Shown piece by piece: positions 47,642-58,047 of a stretch of DNA of 64,000 nt. A model generated the notes under the pieces. That model ran no database searches, was not told the origin of the DNA, and worked only from the letters and a program-made list of their open reading frames with translations. Numbering within the stretch: the stretch's first letter is position 1; every line of letters starts with the position of its first letter. This DNA is from Hyphomonadaceae bacterium (GTDB lineage Bacteria > Pseudomonadota > Alphaproteobacteria > Caulobacterales > Hyphomonadaceae). The stretch is taken from positions 3,177,406-3,241,405 of the forward strand of contig OZ253505.1 in the NCBI GenBank assembly GCA_965262255.1, written 5' to 3'. Both the position numbers and the translations under genes were made by a program.

Positions 47642-48622
47642 TTGATAAATGTTGTCTGCTCGTATTCGCACGAGGATGAGATCTACTGCGCAGAATTGGT
47701 AAAACACCTAAAGCTAATGGAATCTAAAGGCCTCATCAACACTTGGCATGACAGGAAGATAAAACCTGGCCAGGTACTTGACGAGGAAATAGACGAGGCA
47801 TTTTCTTCGGCTGATATTATTCTATTGCTGATTAGCTCTGACTTTTTTAATTCTGACTACTGCCGCGAAACAGAGATGCCAAATGCGCTCAAGCGACACG
47901 ATGAAGGCAAATCTATAGTAATTCCAGTTATTCTTCGCTCGTGCGACTGGGCAGACTCCCCAGTCGGAAAGTTACTTGCAGTCCCGACGGACGGTGAGCC
48001 GCTGAGTCAGTTTTCAAACATTGACGATGGGCTTGTTCAGGTAGTGGATGCTGTAAAGAAAGCTCGAAAAGTTCTTTTGCAGAGGAAAGAGGAGTCTGGA
48101 AACCGAATAACTTCTTCTTCCAACAAAACAAACTCAAATGAAGAGAGTTCGCTCAATTCTCGGAACACGTTCATCACTAGATCAAAGAATCTCGAAATCA
48201 GGAAAAATTTTACTGATCGTGATTACGAACTTGCGTTAAAAGAGTGTATTCGCTTTCTTGGAGAGTTTTTTACGAATTCATTAGCGGAATTGTCTAACTC
48301 GAACGGCGAGATTGATTATGACATTGATTGGCATGGCAATGATAGGTTTGAGTGTAAAATCTATGAGAATGGACGAAGTGTAAGCCATTGTCACATTTGG
48401 CGTGTACGAGATGAATTCAGTCAGAACGAAATTCGATACTATAGCGGAGAGTGGTCTATGGGCACTCATAACTATAGCATGTCTGCAGGTTCAGACGGGA
48501 GATCAATCGGATTCGAAGTCGTCGTAGGGAGGACTTTCGATGCCGAGCCAGAGAAATTGTTGAGTCAAGTAGAGGTGGCAGAATATTTTTGGGCGAATTT
48601 TATTGAACCGTTACAAATTTAG
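47642..48622 (+). CDS. TIR-domain protein with an unassigned 170-aa C-terminal domain
   Basis: VVCSYSHEDE...ADIILLLISSDFFNSDYCRETEMPNAL...VIPVILRSCDW is a bacterial TIR pattern that includes the conserved Glu. TTG start. Confidence 0.8.
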   Translation: MINVVCSYSHEDEIYCAELVKHLKLMESKGLINTWHDRKIKPGQVLDEEIDEAFSSADIILLLISSDFFNSDYCRETEMPNALKRHDEGKSIVIPVILRSCDWADSPVGKLLAVPTDGEPLSQFSNIDDGLVQVVDAVKKARKVLLQRKEESGNRITSSSNKTNSNEESSLNSRNTFITRSKNLEIRKNFTDRDYELALKECIRFLGEFFTNSLAELSNSNGEIDYDIDWHGNDRFECKIYENGRSVSHCHIWRVRDEFSQNEIRYYSGEWSMGTHNYSMSAGSDGRSIGFEVVVGRTFDAEPEKLLSQVEVAEYFWANFIEPLQI

Positions 48623-48949
48623 TATGAACTATTTGGACTGAACATTTAGCCTCTATGGTATTCAACATTACAGATTCGGGTAGACTTGCATGATTTTTCA
48701 TTGCTTTGGTGTTAACTTCAAGTTTTGTACGATTTCATACACAATCCCGAACACTTACTCCGCGGTTTCCGCAATAAGAAACGGTTGCTAAACGAGTAGT
48801 ATGGAAAAAGACCAACATAAGTTTTGAAGTTTCGGCGACTACCGAGTCCTTTTGTGTTTTGTGTTGGAATGGACACTCAAGTTTGACTAACTGTCTGAGA
48901 AATTCGAACGGGAAGCTAGTTTGTAACAGTCGCAATTAGGAAAGAGACG

Positions 48950-49618
48950 ATGAAATTTATCTACGTTGATGAAAGCGGAGACCGCAGCCAAGGAGAGGTC
49001 TTCGTGATGGGCGGGCTAATGGTGGATGCTTACAAACTTCGCAAGAAGACTGCCGATGTATATGAACGACTTAAAAGGTTATCAAAACAGCATGAGGGAG
49101 AAAAGTTCGAATTAAAGACCAAGAGATTTATAGAGGGTAGGGGAGGTTGGAAAAGCATAAGTAGATTGGAGCGTCAAAATATACTTTCTGGCTTGATTCG
49201 TGATGCTTTGCATGGGGGATCAGAAGTATTCGCTATTGGGCTAACATTTAAGGCGTTTGACAATGCAAACAGTAGTAATCTCGGTCAACCGTTCGGGAAA
49301 AATTACTGGGTTGGGTCAGCAATGTTCATAAGCGCGCTCGTTCAAAGACAAAATCAAAAGCTATCTGGCAACAAAGGAAATACCGTATTTATAGTCGATG
49401 AAAACATGCACGAAACTTCAAAACTTTCCGATTGTTTAGTCCCGCAAACAGGTTGTCAGGATGATATACTTCCATTATACAGCAATTCTATCTTTAGGAA
49501 ACAGTTATGGGACAGGTATTACACCCCAACGCAGTCACTACCCATGCGATTAGAAAAGAGATCCAAGAAGCGCCCTCATCGGTCTCAGATCGCGCATTAT
49601 CAAGGCGCTACGGATTAG
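48950..49618 (+). pseudogene. DUF3800-family protein, 3'-truncated by IS481 insertion at about 49461
   Basis: MKFIYVDESGD is the DUF3800 signature start. From about 49461 the frame is IS481 left-end sequence. Confidence 0.6.
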
Positions 49619-50512
49619 GCTTGCCAACAGTTCAGAAATGGCGTAGGCGGGGTTCTGTTGAAGATCGCCGTTCTGGCCCTCAAGAGCCTCGGCCAAAGAG
49701 TTTGAGTAAAGCAGAGGAAGCCGCCTGTGTTTATTTCCGGACGACAACACAGTTGTCGTTGGATGACTGTTTGTATTCTCTGCAAGACTCAATTCCCCAT
49801 TTAAAGCGATCGAATCTCCATCGTGTATTTCAGAATCACGGGATATCAACACTTCCAAAAGAAGAAAACAAAACTCGCGAGACGAAGAAGTTCAAAGAGT
49901 ATCCGATCGGTTACTTCCACGTCGACATAGCCCAAGTCAACACCGAAGAAGGTCGGCTCTATATGTTCGTAGCCATCGACCGCACATCGAAATACGCCTA
50001 CGTTGAACTGCACGACAAATCGACGCGAGAAGTCGCAGTTCAGTTTATCGAAACCTTGGTTGAAAAAGTGCCTTACACTATCCATACGATCTTGACTGAC
50101 AATGGCAGTCAGTTCACTAATTCGAGAAACCCTAAGGTCTCGGTGCAAGAAAACGAATCACCCGATCATAAAATCAATAAGGATGTCAAATGCAACGCAT
50201 TTGACGCTGTTTGCTCAGAGAATAATATCAAACATAAGTTGACACTTCCCTATCATCCCTGGACGAACGGACAAGTGGAACGAATGAATAGAACCATTAA
50301 AGAAGCTACTGTAAAAAAGTATCACTATGAGACACATGACAAACTGAAAGAACACATCCAGTGCTTTATCGATGCCTATAATTTTGCTAAAAGGTTAAAG
50401 GCTCACAAAGGTTTAACTATCTTCGACTTTATTAACAAATGTTGGAAAGAGGAACCAGAAAGATTCATCAAAAATCCTGACAACCTGTTTGCGGGACTAA
50501 ACAGCTACCTAA
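49461..50512 (+). mobile_element. IS481-family IS, copy 2 (right end degenerate)
   Basis: The left end atgatatacttccattatac and the whole body are near-identical to copy 1. The right end reads tgtttgcgggactaaacagctacc. Confidence 0.7.
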
Positions 50513-50610
50513 ACTTTTCCTGTTCGATTGGACATTCAGTTCCCAGCAGTTCGAGAATACGTAATTTTATATTTTTTCGTTTAGGCTCTAAACTTTCACT
50601 CTTACGATAA
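49507..50610 (+). CDS. IS481-family transposase, copy 2 (native stop lost, reads through)
   Basis: It aligns to 41826..42848 along its full length and then continues ...LNSYLNFSCSIGHS into flanking DNA. Confidence 0.8.
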   Translation: MGQVLHPNAVTTHAIRKEIQEAPSSVSDRALSRRYGLGLPTVQKWRRRGSVEDRRSGPQEPRPKSLSKAEEAACVYFRTTTQLSLDDCLYSLQDSIPHLKRSNLHRVFQNHGISTLPKEENKTRETKKFKEYPIGYFHVDIAQVNTEEGRLYMFVAIDRTSKYAYVELHDKSTREVAVQFIETLVEKVPYTIHTILTDNGSQFTNSRNPKVSVQENESPDHKINKDVKCNAFDAVCSENNIKHKLTLPYHPWTNGQVERMNRTIKEATVKKYHYETHDKLKEHIQCFIDAYNFAKRLKAHKGLTIFDFINKCWKEEPERFIKNPDNLFAGLNSYLNFSCSIGHSVPSSSRIRNFIFFRLGSKLSLLR

Positions 50611-52019
50611 GCACGAAAATTCCCGGACAAAAACAATACCGCGGAACTTTGGTTTATCAAACACCGTTGGAAAAGCGGCGCTGAATGCACTCAATTCAGT
50701 AGCAAGCGAGTAACAGAACGGAAAAAAGTTGATAAGCGAGCGTTTAGTTGTAGGGACTGCCGTAAAGACATCAGTTCGAAGTGTGGTTTCCTTATGCATA
50801 AGTCCAATATCGGATACTGCGAGTGGGCTGTCGCACTATTGATAATGACGACCAATATCGATGGACCGTCCAGCACGAAGTTAGCTTAAGATCTTGGGCT
50901 TATTCAAAAGTCGGCATGGTTAATAGCTATGCATATTCGTGAAGCCTACCTAGGTCATGATCCTATATTGCCAGAGACTGCTGTAGAAGCTGATGAAGAG
51001 TACTTTGGCAGAGTTGAAAAGCACAAACACGAAGACAAGAAGCAGAATAAAGGTCGCGGTGCATTTAGCAAGATCGTGGTTGTAGGTATGAAGGAACGAG
51101 AAGCACGCCATTTTAGCAGCGAAACCCGTCTCAGATTTGCCCGAAGATAGACTGCAAGTCTTCATTCAAGATAATGTCAAAGAATGTAGTCGTGTCTATA
51201 CAGACGAGCTCAAGTCGTACAACGGACTGAAAGATTACGGCTACTAACACCGCGCGATCAAGCATTCGGCAGGATAATGGGGGAAGCAATCGTACACGAA
51301 TGGCATAGAATCTTTCTCGGTGTTACAGCGTCTTTCATATCAAGGAATGCACCACTGGTTGTCGGCTAAGCACCTCGCCTCATACGTCAATGAGTTTGCT
51401 ATACACTCTAATCTGAGGGGTGAAAACACAACGAACTTCGTGGGTCATATAGTCCGTGAGATGTCGAGGAAGCGATTGTCGTGGAAGGAGTTGGTAGCAC
51501 GGGGGCCTCTTCCCGCAGGGTAAGATCATTATGGATATTGAAGACACGCTGGAAAATGTTTTGATAGCAATGTCTGGTGGGCCTGTCGGAAATCTTCAGT
51601 GAAAAGTTGCGAACACAACAGTCCAGTCTGTATGGGTAATGGGTATGCACACGAGACAAAAATAAAGTAAACAGCCTATTTGTAGACGTTCATGGATGGT
51701 AACTCCCTAATGTAAGGGGTAATCGTTGAGTAAAGTATTTTGTAGAATTCAAGGGAGCTCTGATTTTGCTACTGCAGAATCGGAGAATTTGTTTGACATT
51801 CATCATTTGCTAGCAACTCGGTACAATGACAAAATCTCATCGTAGAACCGAATTCGTTTTCGACGAAGTGTTGAATCGGCTGTTTTATTGGAGCCGTGTA
51901 CGTTCCCGGAGGACTCATTCGTTCCAAATTTTTCATAGACTCAAATCTCTTTGTCCAAATCAAGTATCGAGCTCGTGGATGCTAGCACTAAATGTCAGAA
52001 AGTAAGTAATTCCCAAAAT
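50590..52019 (+). pseudogene. IS1595-family element, decayed copy lacking its left end
   Basis: Broken frames read WFIKHRWKSGAECTQFSSKRVTE..., EADEEYFGRVEKHKHEDKK and HHWLSAKHLASYVNEF. The right IR agtaagtaattcccaaaatt ends at 52019. Confidence 0.8.
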
Positions 52020-52072
52020 TTAAAGTGTTTCTCGTCATTCCCACTAAAGTCTGCATCGTTAATGGGCAACAC

Positions 52073-52855
52073 TCACAGCCGATTCAGTAAATACTGTCTT
52101 ACAGTTTCTGCAAAAGCATCGATTTCAACTGATGAAACTAGCATCAATTCGTATAACGGTTTTAGTTTAGGAAAAACTATCGGCAATATCTCTCCGTCGG
52201 GTGTGTTACTTGGAATAACTACGGACATTTCGAATTTGTCTTCGCAAATTTTCTTGTGAGATTCAAACAACCATCTTTCATTACCACGTATCCAAGAATT
52301 CGCTACCCGTCCATCGAGTCCAGACCATTTGAAAGCCAAGGTTATTCTACCAACTTCTTGATTGAGGTTCATCGCCTGACCGTATCGAATCGCGATGATT
52401 GACGAAGCAAGAACATCAATCACTGGAAGATCAACATCGATACCAATGAACGGCTTTCTTTTCTTTCTTCCATGACTTCGGTCGTCGTCGTCCGCTAAAG
52501 TTCTTAGGTGATAGAACTCTCCCTTTGTCGAAAATCGATTGAATCTTATAGAATCAATAGAACCTTGTTCATCTTCGGAATAACAATGAGTCTCAAATCC
52601 GTCACTTAACTTATTGGTCTGATAGTATTTCCCACCAACTTCGTCGTGAAATGACCATGAATGATAATCGCCAACGTATGGTGTCGCTTCTTGAATCGTT
52701 TGGATGAACTTTGCCTTGTCAATGGAACTTGGCTGGAATTCCTCAAACCTAGCTGCAACCTCAAAAAGACCGTGCGAGGGAAAATTCTTTCCTTCAGTTT
52801 CAAGTCTCTTTTCTGCAAACCGACGACCGGTATTTAGAAGGGTGCTGGGATTCAT
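52073..52855 (-). CDS. Hypothetical protein, translationally coupled partner of the TIR gene
   Basis: Its ATG overlaps the TIR TGA as ATGA (52852..52855). I recognised no family motif. Confidence 0.6.
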   Translation of the reverse strand: MNPSTLLNTGRRFAEKRLETEGKNFPSHGLFEVAARFEEFQPSSIDKAKFIQTIQEATPYVGDYHSWSFHDEVGGKYYQTNKLSDGFETHCYSEDEQGSIDSIRFNRFSTKGEFYHLRTLADDDDRSHGRKKRKPFIGIDVDLPVIDVLASSIIAIRYGQAMNLNQEVGRITLAFKWSGLDGRVANSWIRGNERWLFESHKKICEDKFEMSVVIPSNTPDGEILPIVFPKLKPLYELMLVSSVEIDAFAETVRQYLLNRL

Positions 52856-53511
52856 GTTCTTTCCTTACATTTTTTGATCAATGTTTTTTGTACCGTCGCT
52901 ACGCTATCAGTATTCCTTGCCAAGATTCCATTATGGTTTTCCGCAGTTCTTGATGTAACAGGAATCGAAACTTCAGGCTCGGTAGTTCCGGCTAAATTGG
53001 GACTAATGAGCGGAGTAGTCTTCTGTTCCGTGTTTTTGGTCGCATTATATTTCTGGAGTAGTTTATTTGCCGCATCCTTTACGGCTAGTACTACCTCGAG
53101 ATATGCTTCATCGCTATTTTCAAACGTACTGATTGCTATACCATCTTTTGGAACAGCCATAAGTTTACCAAATGGCAGTTCTTCCCAGTTGCAGGGGCGT
53201 AGGATTACTGGTATCACGATTGCGTCCCCTTTCTCTGATCGACCCAACGCATTCTCCATCTCAATTTCATAGCAAAAATCCGAGTGTATAAAGTCAGAAC
53301 TGATCATGAGAAGGACTATATCGGCAGAATTAAAATTTTTGCCGATCTCACTCTTGAAATCCGACCCGGCATCAATATATCTGTCGTACCACAGATCAAT
53401 CAATCCTTGGCGACGAAAGGAGCTTAGATGCTTTTTCAGGCAGTCTACACGTTGTTCGTCTTCATGAGCATAAGAAATAGCGAGTGACAACAATGCACGT
53501 TCTCCATTCAT
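52852..53511 (-). CDS. TIR-domain protein
   Basis: LAISYAHEDE...ADIVLLMISSDFIHSDFCYEIEMENAL...VIPVILRPCNW is paralogous to the TIR domain of 47642..48622. Confidence 0.8.
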   Translation of the reverse strand: MNGERALLSLAISYAHEDEQRVDCLKKHLSSFRRQGLIDLWYDRYIDAGSDFKSEIGKNFNSADIVLLMISSDFIHSDFCYEIEMENALGRSEKGDAIVIPVILRPCNWEELPFGKLMAVPKDGIAISTFENSDEAYLEVVLAVKDAANKLLQKYNATKNTEQKTTPLISPNLAGTTEPEVSIPVTSRTAENHNGILARNTDSVATVQKTLIKKCKERT

Positions 53512-53710
53512 CTAGCGTAACGGAACAGTCTGAATATAAGTTGAATTTAGGAGTTTTCAAGTAAACTATAACGACTATCTAAAGTAGAATCGGATTGAAC
53601 AGTATCCCATAGGGCGAAGGAGCGGCGATGAGAACTAGTTGGTTGGGAACTACATCGGCGGCCATTAATTTTCCTAATCAGAATTTCAGAGAGATGTTTT
53701 CTTAAAAATT

Positions 53711-54290
53711 CTACTTGTACCATTCCTCAAACTTGTGTAATGAGTGTCCCATAACTTGTTCCTCCAGATGGAATTGCTGTAGAGTACTATAACACGAGTT
53801 TGCAGAATGGTACATATATACACCCTTGATATAGCATTCTGCAGCAACATTCAGTAATGCCCCACTACTCCGCTGACCGCAGTTCATTGTGTACGGGTAT
53901 AGCGGTGTGTCGACAGAACCCGATAATTTGGAAGCCAGAAAGTTCAACGAGCTTGATGCGTTAGGATCACCGTCAGGTTTGTAACCATTCCTATAGCCAC
54001 TGATCTCCCCAACCCGATGACCATACCCCCTCCGAGAGATGGATCTCGATCCAGACGAACGACAGAATCTAACAGCTGCTCGAAAAGCTCCTTAAACGGA
54101 GAGAGATTTCCATGAGACGGAACTTCCATCGCATCTCGTTGACGCATATAATCTTCTATGCTCTTTGATAGGCTCACGATAGGGATCAATACGATTCTTG
54201 GAGGTTACTTGATTGCGAGAAGCGTTTTCGGGGGATCTTAAAATCCCCTGAAAACGCTTTTCCCCAAATCGGAATTTCCAGACTTATCAG
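53711..54290 (-). pseudogene. IS256-family left end and decayed N-terminal third of the transposase
   Basis: The terminus taagtctggaaattc is at 54290. FKELFEQLLDSVVRLDRDPSLGG then ...ECYIKGVYMY... is a degenerate eMYv.GVS block. Confidence 0.65.
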
Positions 54291-54430
54291 TACGCTACCA
54301 AAGTAGTATGCTCGAGCGTTAGCAAATCAAGTTGATTGTCTCAATTTCTTCCGCTTCTTAATAGATGAAGTTTCCACCTTCGGTAGTTCCGTCAAGATAA
54401 TTTGTTCATTTGTTAAGCTGGAGCCTCAAT

Positions 54431-56248
54431 CCCTAATTATGCACGACTTGCACTATTTTTGGAGGATTGTCAAGAAATTTCACGAAAAATCGGCAAAAAA
54501 TATCGAATTTTCGAGATGAGTCTAAAAATTTCAGATTCGATCGGACGATTTCAAACGTTTTTGGTGAGGTTGCTCAGATTTTGTGTTGAAAACGGCCAAA
54601 ATCCACCAGATTCCACCAGATTCCACCAAATTCACCTATTTTTGGCCGCAGGAATGCTGTCTTCGATCAGGAACGGCAGGGATTTCTAAGTTTTTGACGA
54701 GTGTCAGATAGACTGACGTTTTAGAGGTTCTGTTTTACGTATGTTTTCAAGGATTTTCTGTAATAGTAAGTACTCAGGGAACGAACTGCTAAAGGCAAAG
54801 TGTAATCTGTTCTCGGTTTCATAAGACAGGGTTGCAACTTTTAGTAGATTTAGCTGCAGACAAGGTATCGCACTTGTTTTCAAGTATGATTTGCCAGGGA
54901 TATGATCGCGAAGGAGAACAAAATACCAATGAGCGGCTGTGTGAAACACTTGGCGCACCTGATTTGCCTTAAATGATGTGCAGGACATACGATCACTTTT
55001 GAGGTAATTCTTATGTTCTTTGATTAAATTTTCCGCTTGACCTCTTTTGCAATAGACTTTTGAGTATAGATATTTAGCAGTGCGTTTCTTAATGGATGTA
55101 ACTATGAATCGCATTCTGGTGCGAATTTTACCATTTTCTTTTGTCGACCGAATAACTGCGATGACTCGTCTTTCTTTGCCGTTCCAACTCTGGGCGGCGT
55201 ACATGAATTCGCAGTATGTCGATCTTGTTACCTTCTTATAGCGACTCTCCGCGCACTGTTGTTCACACTCAGCAACGGCCTTCTTGACACACGGTTCAGA
55301 CTTTAAGCGGGAATTTGAAGACAATCCGGTAATATAATCTATCCCCTTCTGGGCTTCACACCAACTAAAGAAGTTTGGACGGGCATAATGGCTGTCACCC
55401 CGTATATAGATCCTGGTTTTCGGCCAGAACTGACGGATTTTCTTTAGCACAGGACAAACAAGCTGTTGAACCTCTTTATCACTTAACGTTCTTGCCGGTC
55501 TCATTTTTACGACTATAACACAGCCGCGATCAATATCATTCAGGTGTATTGGTCTAAAACCTTTTGCTTTGTCGTAGCCACTAAAAACCGAACCTTGTTG
55601 ATCGCCATACGTTTTGCAGATCGTTTCATCAACATCTATGAAAATCTTTTTCGGCGGTGAACTATATCCGTGGGTGCAGTATATTTCAACGTTGTAGTCT
55701 AAAAGACTTTCGACATCCTCTTCCTGCAATGAGTTTTCCATCCTTGACAGAGTCGCCTGACAGGCTAACTCTTTTAAACTCGATGGAAGTATCCGTAAAG
55801 CGGCTCTGAAAATACTATCCTTCCGTAACGTGTTTAAATCATTACAGTCTTCATAACCCGCTACAATCGCTAGTATCCTGAAAAACAGAATATCGAATAA
55901 ACTATGTATGACCTTCACCGGATCTCGAGTATCCTTCCATTTTTTAACCAACCCTTTGACAATCCCAAACCTTTTCTCAATCGCCACAGGTATTGCTAAT
56001 CCACCATTCGAACTAATAGGATTTGCACTATTGTCCGCTGTAACCTCTACACCGTCGATATCGTCGAATAGTTTAAACGTTGAATTTTTTGAACTCATGG
56101 GAGGGGGTATCCCTTACATTGAGGAGAAGAACACATAGCTTCTCATATAATCACTAAATCCGTAAGTACAATATGTTAAACTTGATGCGAACGGTGAAAT
56201 AATGTCGCAGGCTCCCCCGGGAATGTGAACTCTCGTGCATAATCCGGG
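54431..56248 (-). mobile_element. IS1380-family IS
   Basis: The inverted ends are ccctaattatgcacga (54431) and tcgtgcataatccggg (ending at 56248). Confidence 0.75.
54704..56098 (-). CDS. IS1380-family transposase
   Basis: SNGGLAIPVAIEKRFGI...ILAIVAGYEDCNDLNTLR...IFIDVDET...IRGDSHYA are typical IS1380 N-terminal and DDE blocks. Confidence 0.8.
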   Translation of the reverse strand: MSSKNSTFKLFDDIDGVEVTADNSANPISSNGGLAIPVAIEKRFGIVKGLVKKWKDTRDPVKVIHSLFDILFFRILAIVAGYEDCNDLNTLRKDSIFRAALRILPSSLKELACQATLSRMENSLQEEDVESLLDYNVEIYCTHGYSSPPKKIFIDVDETICKTYGDQQGSVFSGYDKAKGFRPIHLNDIDRGCVIVVKMRPARTLSDKEVQQLVCPVLKKIRQFWPKTRIYIRGDSHYARPNFFSWCEAQKGIDYITGLSSNSRLKSEPCVKKAVAECEQQCAESRYKKVTRSTYCEFMYAAQSWNGKERRVIAVIRSTKENGKIRTRMRFIVTSIKKRTAKYLYSKVYCKRGQAENLIKEHKNYLKSDRMSCTSFKANQVRQVFHTAAHWYFVLLRDHIPGKSYLKTSAIPCLQLNLLKVATLSYETENRLHFAFSSSFPEYLLLQKILENIRKTEPLKRQSI

Positions 56249-56488
56249 TCAATATACATCAACTTGAGCTCCAAACGCTCTAAGCGGCGTTGTTCATGTC
56301 GCTGTTTTGCATATTCGCGTGGTGCTAGACTGTTTTATTTATGAACTCAAAAACACTTCCATCTATTCGAGTTTGGCAGTTGCACATGTTTTAACGGGAC
56401 TGTCCACCAATTGGAGGCAACAGCTGAAAACGTGCTTTATTAAATGGTCTTCCACCCAATCACTTCGAAAATGGTAAATAGTCTGGAT

Positions 56489-57976
56489 TTAACTTTCAAG
56501 TGGCAGGAGTAATGAAAATACCTCACGATGACTAGTGATCTTGTTCCGACCTCGGATAAATTCTGTCCACGACTTTGTACCTTTAGTTCTATTGCAAGGC
56601 CCACATAGCAAATGGACGTTATCCCAAGTATTTGTACCACCGTTCGCTTTTGCTACAATATGATCTACTTCAAAATACTCCTTTGTAAGATGTTTCTCAC
56701 AGGCAGGACATTGCAGCTTGGAGTGCTTACCAAATACGTTTCTTTCAATTTGCTGTTCTACAGCTCGTTTGAACAAGATATCACGAACTTCCTTGTTGTC
56801 AGGGAGCTTTTCGTGACTTTCAATATCTCGGCATTTTGGAATGATTTTAGAAATTTTTACCATCTCGCCAAGTTTTAGCAGTGGTAACTCTTTCCTAAAA
56901 CGGTTCTCCATTATAGATTTAAGCCTGTGGTCTGTGTCACAACCGATATACTTAACGTTATACTGTTTTTCATTACTGTGCTTCTCCAGATGAGTTTGCA
57001 TTTTCACAGCAGCAATGATCGTTGTTCCGCATCCGCAAAATGGATCAAACACTATATCGCCTTCATTTGCGCTTGTCCGTATAATCCGGTTGAGTAGCGC
57101 TACTGGTTTTTGCGTTGCCCAGCCAGTGTTTTCCTTTGACTGCTTTTGTATACACGGGATATCTGTCCAAAGATTACCAAGCAGCTTACCAGCGTTGTCC
57201 CTCAGAAACTTCTTTTTTCTGAGGCGACCACCACTCTTCTTAGGAGAAACCATTAGATTTTCGCGAATGTTTTGTAACATTTTTGCTTTTGGTGCCCGCC
57301 AACCTTTTGCCGGCGGTTCGTAAGTTACGCCGTCAAGCTCTACGTCGTACTTATAACTTTCGTTCTGTTGAGGTGAAGAATAATCATCGGCAACCCAAGG
57401 GCCTCTTGGATCGTTGTCCGGATTCTTATATTGCTTCACACGATTTTCATCAAGGTCTACTCGTGGAGCATTATGTGTCTTGTCTGTTCCTTTTGTGTAT
57501 TTGAAAATTGTGTCACAAATTCTACCGAAGTTTGTATCTGCATTGTTCTTTGTTGAAGTCCTCTGCCAAGTAATTTCGGAACCTCGATTATCTACTCCTG
57601 GCCCGTTTTGGTGTCCGAAGATTGCATCTAAAAGTAGTCGTAGGTATGTGTTGGAGGTGTCATCACAGTGGAGATAAAGTGTTCCGTTTCCTTTAAGGAT
57701 TCGATACATTTCGATAATTCGCATACCCATAAAAATCAGGTACGAATACATTGACGGGCTATGAACTGTTTTGGCTGTTGCAACTATACTGTAGACCTTC
57801 GGGTGCTTAATTTCTAGTATACGTTCCGAATCAATTTCTGTATCTTCAATTCTCCAAGTGTCAAAGAACATTTGTCCTGCAGACTCACTGTTTTCATCGC
57901 CTTTCCAGTTTTTCTTACTGTTAAACGGAGGATCTAGGTATATGAGGTCAACTGTTTCCGAATTCATTCCTCGCAT
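56489..57976 (-). CDS. Beta-class N6/N4 DNA methyltransferase fused to a C-terminal HNH endonuclease domain
   Basis: Motif IV is DLIYLDPPF and motif I is VFDPFCGCGTT. The C-terminus CPACEKH...VDHIVAKANGGTNTWDNVHLLCGPCNRTKG is an HNH. Conserved N-terminal MTase sequence continues upstream of this ATG. Confidence 0.8.
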   Translation of the reverse strand: MRGMNSETVDLIYLDPPFNSKKNWKGDENSESAGQMFFDTWRIEDTEIDSERILEIKHPKVYSIVATAKTVHSPSMYSYLIFMGMRIIEMYRILKGNGTLYLHCDDTSNTYLRLLLDAIFGHQNGPGVDNRGSEITWQRTSTKNNADTNFGRICDTIFKYTKGTDKTHNAPRVDLDENRVKQYKNPDNDPRGPWVADDYSSPQQNESYKYDVELDGVTYEPPAKGWRAPKAKMLQNIRENLMVSPKKSGGRLRKKKFLRDNAGKLLGNLWTDIPCIQKQSKENTGWATQKPVALLNRIIRTSANEGDIVFDPFCGCGTTIIAAVKMQTHLEKHSNEKQYNVKYIGCDTDHRLKSIMENRFRKELPLLKLGEMVKISKIIPKCRDIESHEKLPDNKEVRDILFKRAVEQQIERNVFGKHSKLQCPACEKHLTKEYFEVDHIVAKANGGTNTWDNVHLLCGPCNRTKGTKSWTEFIRGRNKITSHREVFSLLLPLES

Positions 57977-58038
57977 GACTTCTAAATTGTCGGCGTTCCA
58001 TATGGTGCAAAGTTCAAAATTGACGTTAGGCCGGAATA

Positions 58039-58047
58039 CCCCCCCCC
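58039..58047. repeat. C9 homopolymer (G9 on the coding strand) in the 5' end of the MTase-HNH gene
   Basis: Counted directly, in the context ccccccccc at ggggg. Confidence 0.95.

Noticed and set aside
54459-54689. 76-aa ORF and the short direct repeat ccagattccacc ccagattccacc in the IS1380 sub-terminal region
   Set aside because: It lies within the non-coding end of the IS, between the IR and the transposase stop. The composition is low complexity, so it is likely not a gene.
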